Shown here in pieces: positions 19,595 through 20,539 of a DNA stretch of 20,539 bases. Source of the DNA: Zygophlyctis sp. KS116 (lineage: Eukaryota; Fungi; Chytridiomycota); the NCBI GenBank assembly GCA_054661495.1, contig BAAFSQ010000176.1, forward strand, positions 1 to 20,539. Reading direction: 5' to 3'. The notes below the pieces were generated by a model, which saw nothing but the letters and a program-made list of their open reading frames with translations, did no database searches and was not told where the DNA came from. Positions within the stretch are counted from its first letter, which is position 1, and each line of letters starts with the position of its first letter. The translations under genes were made by a program, and so were the position numbers.

Positions 19595-20172
19595 TTATCC
19601 TAGAGCTGCTTCTCTATCCATGACTGATTTATCAAATTTAATCAACCACTATCATTAAAAATAAAATTTACTGTTGTACGAATAGGCCAGTTTTCATTAC
19701 TAGTAGAATGTGCAGTTACTTGACATGGAAATTGACAAGAGTCTAGAATTGCTTCCAACATTCCTCCCACAAAAGCTCCAGGATTAAGAGAAGAGAATTC
19801 TCTAGGAACTGATATAAATCTAGTTAAAAGCGGTTCATTATCTACAATCCAATATTCATCCTGATTTTCTGTTCCTTTTTCTAGAGAATCTGCTTGTTTT
19901 CCAAAAATAATCTTCCAGACACTTGTATAGATAAAAGATAGGATATTTAAAAGTCTAGATTCTCTCTTTGCAAGTCTTTCTCTCCAACAATGTAGTTCAA
20001 AGATTCGTATTCCTACTCTGTAACCATACTCTGATAATTTAGTTTCTAATTCAGAGATTCCAGAAGAGTTTTTGTGAGCGTATTGAAGCATTTCAGAGAA
20101 TAAATAACTGAAAGAAGAGAGAGAAACAGTCTCTTGTTTGGTCTTGTTCAAGTTTCTGTCGAGAATTTTCAT
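19595..20172 (-). CDS. TRS31: TRAPP complex subunit Trs31/TRAPPC5 (~184 aa)
   Basis: VSLSSFSYLFSEMLQY, GYRVG.R, VWKIIFGKQADSLEK, SSLNPGAFVGGMLEAIL...FPCQVTAH. Intron 19649-19671 (23 nt) gives the conserved end TTWLIKFDKSVMDRE; stop 19595-19597. Confidence 0.93.
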
Positions 20173-20242
20173 TTCTTTGATTTCTCAAAATTAGAATTGC
20201 AAAATAAAATCATCTATTCTTCATTCTAGAAAAGTGACAATG

Positions 20243-20539
20243 TTAAACTGTAACTTGAGAAAACTCTGGCGATACTGTATCTTGAACCTTTTTGCGTCCA
20301 TCAGTAGAATGTTGAGTTTGCCAATCAGAGCTATTTATCAAATAAGCTTCTTCCCCAATGTATGTTTGGTCTAATCCCAAAGACTCTTCACTTTCAGATG
20401 CACGTAAATGCAATCCAGGAATTCTATCAATAATGAGCAATAGAACTGAGCTGATTACAAAGGAATACACTGCAATTGCCACAGTGGCTGCTAATTGATA
20501 CCCAACTTGAATATAATTATTGTTGATCCATCCACCATT
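20243..20539 (-). CDS. 3' end of an ammonium transporter (Amt/Mep), truncated by the window end
   Basis: GGWINNNYIQVGYQLAA...YSFVIS..LL.IID.IPGLHLRASESEESLGLD...IGEEAY is the typical fungal Mep last TM helix and C-terminal tail. Confidence 0.9.
   Translation of the reverse strand, partial: NGGWINNNYIQVGYQLAATVAIAVYSFVISSVLLLIIDRIPGLHLRASESEESLGLDQTYIGEEAYLINSSDWQTQHSTDGRKKVQDTVSPEFSQVTV

Noticed and set aside
330-20172. Fragmented ORFs as pseudogenes, programmed frameshifts or stop-codon reassignment (e.g. TAA/TAG read as Gln, as in some aphelids)
   Set aside because: Every break in the conserved genes is explained by a G(T/C)..AG segment of 23-32 nt whose removal restores frame and conserved motifs. 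Long exons contain no in-frame stops under the standard code.
165-20245. No TGA stop among the 17 modelled genes
   Set aside because: The sample is small and AT-rich genomes favour TAA. I saw no in-frame TGA at conserved positions that would suggest reassignment.

Overview
This is AT-rich eukaryotic nuclear DNA, most consistent with a flagellated early-diverging fungus (chytrid-like). It carries a full-length ciliary CFAP57 next to fungal-type Amt/Mep, Erg20, Glo3, Gep4 and Vac14 genes. By splicing the ORF fragments by hand I reconstructed 17 protein genes (2 cut by the window edges) and one solitary 5S rRNA gene; every reconstructed spliced CDS length is a multiple of 3. Gene content is mostly housekeeping, but the architecture is extreme. 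(i) There are 35 frame-restoring spliceosomal introns, all 23-32 nt (mode 26 nt), one of them GC-AG, with a TRA branch-like triplet just before the AG. (ii) Intergenic DNA is almost absent: a TAATG stop/start overlap joins GEP4 and VAC14, convergent stop codons are 2 nt apart, abutting or overlapping, tandem genes are 19-20 nt apart, and three divergent gene pairs have ATGs only 28-29 nt apart. This implies promoters and 3' ends inside neighbouring coding sequence, overlapping transcripts and possibly polycistronic mRNAs. All calls come from motif recognition by eye; no database searches were run.
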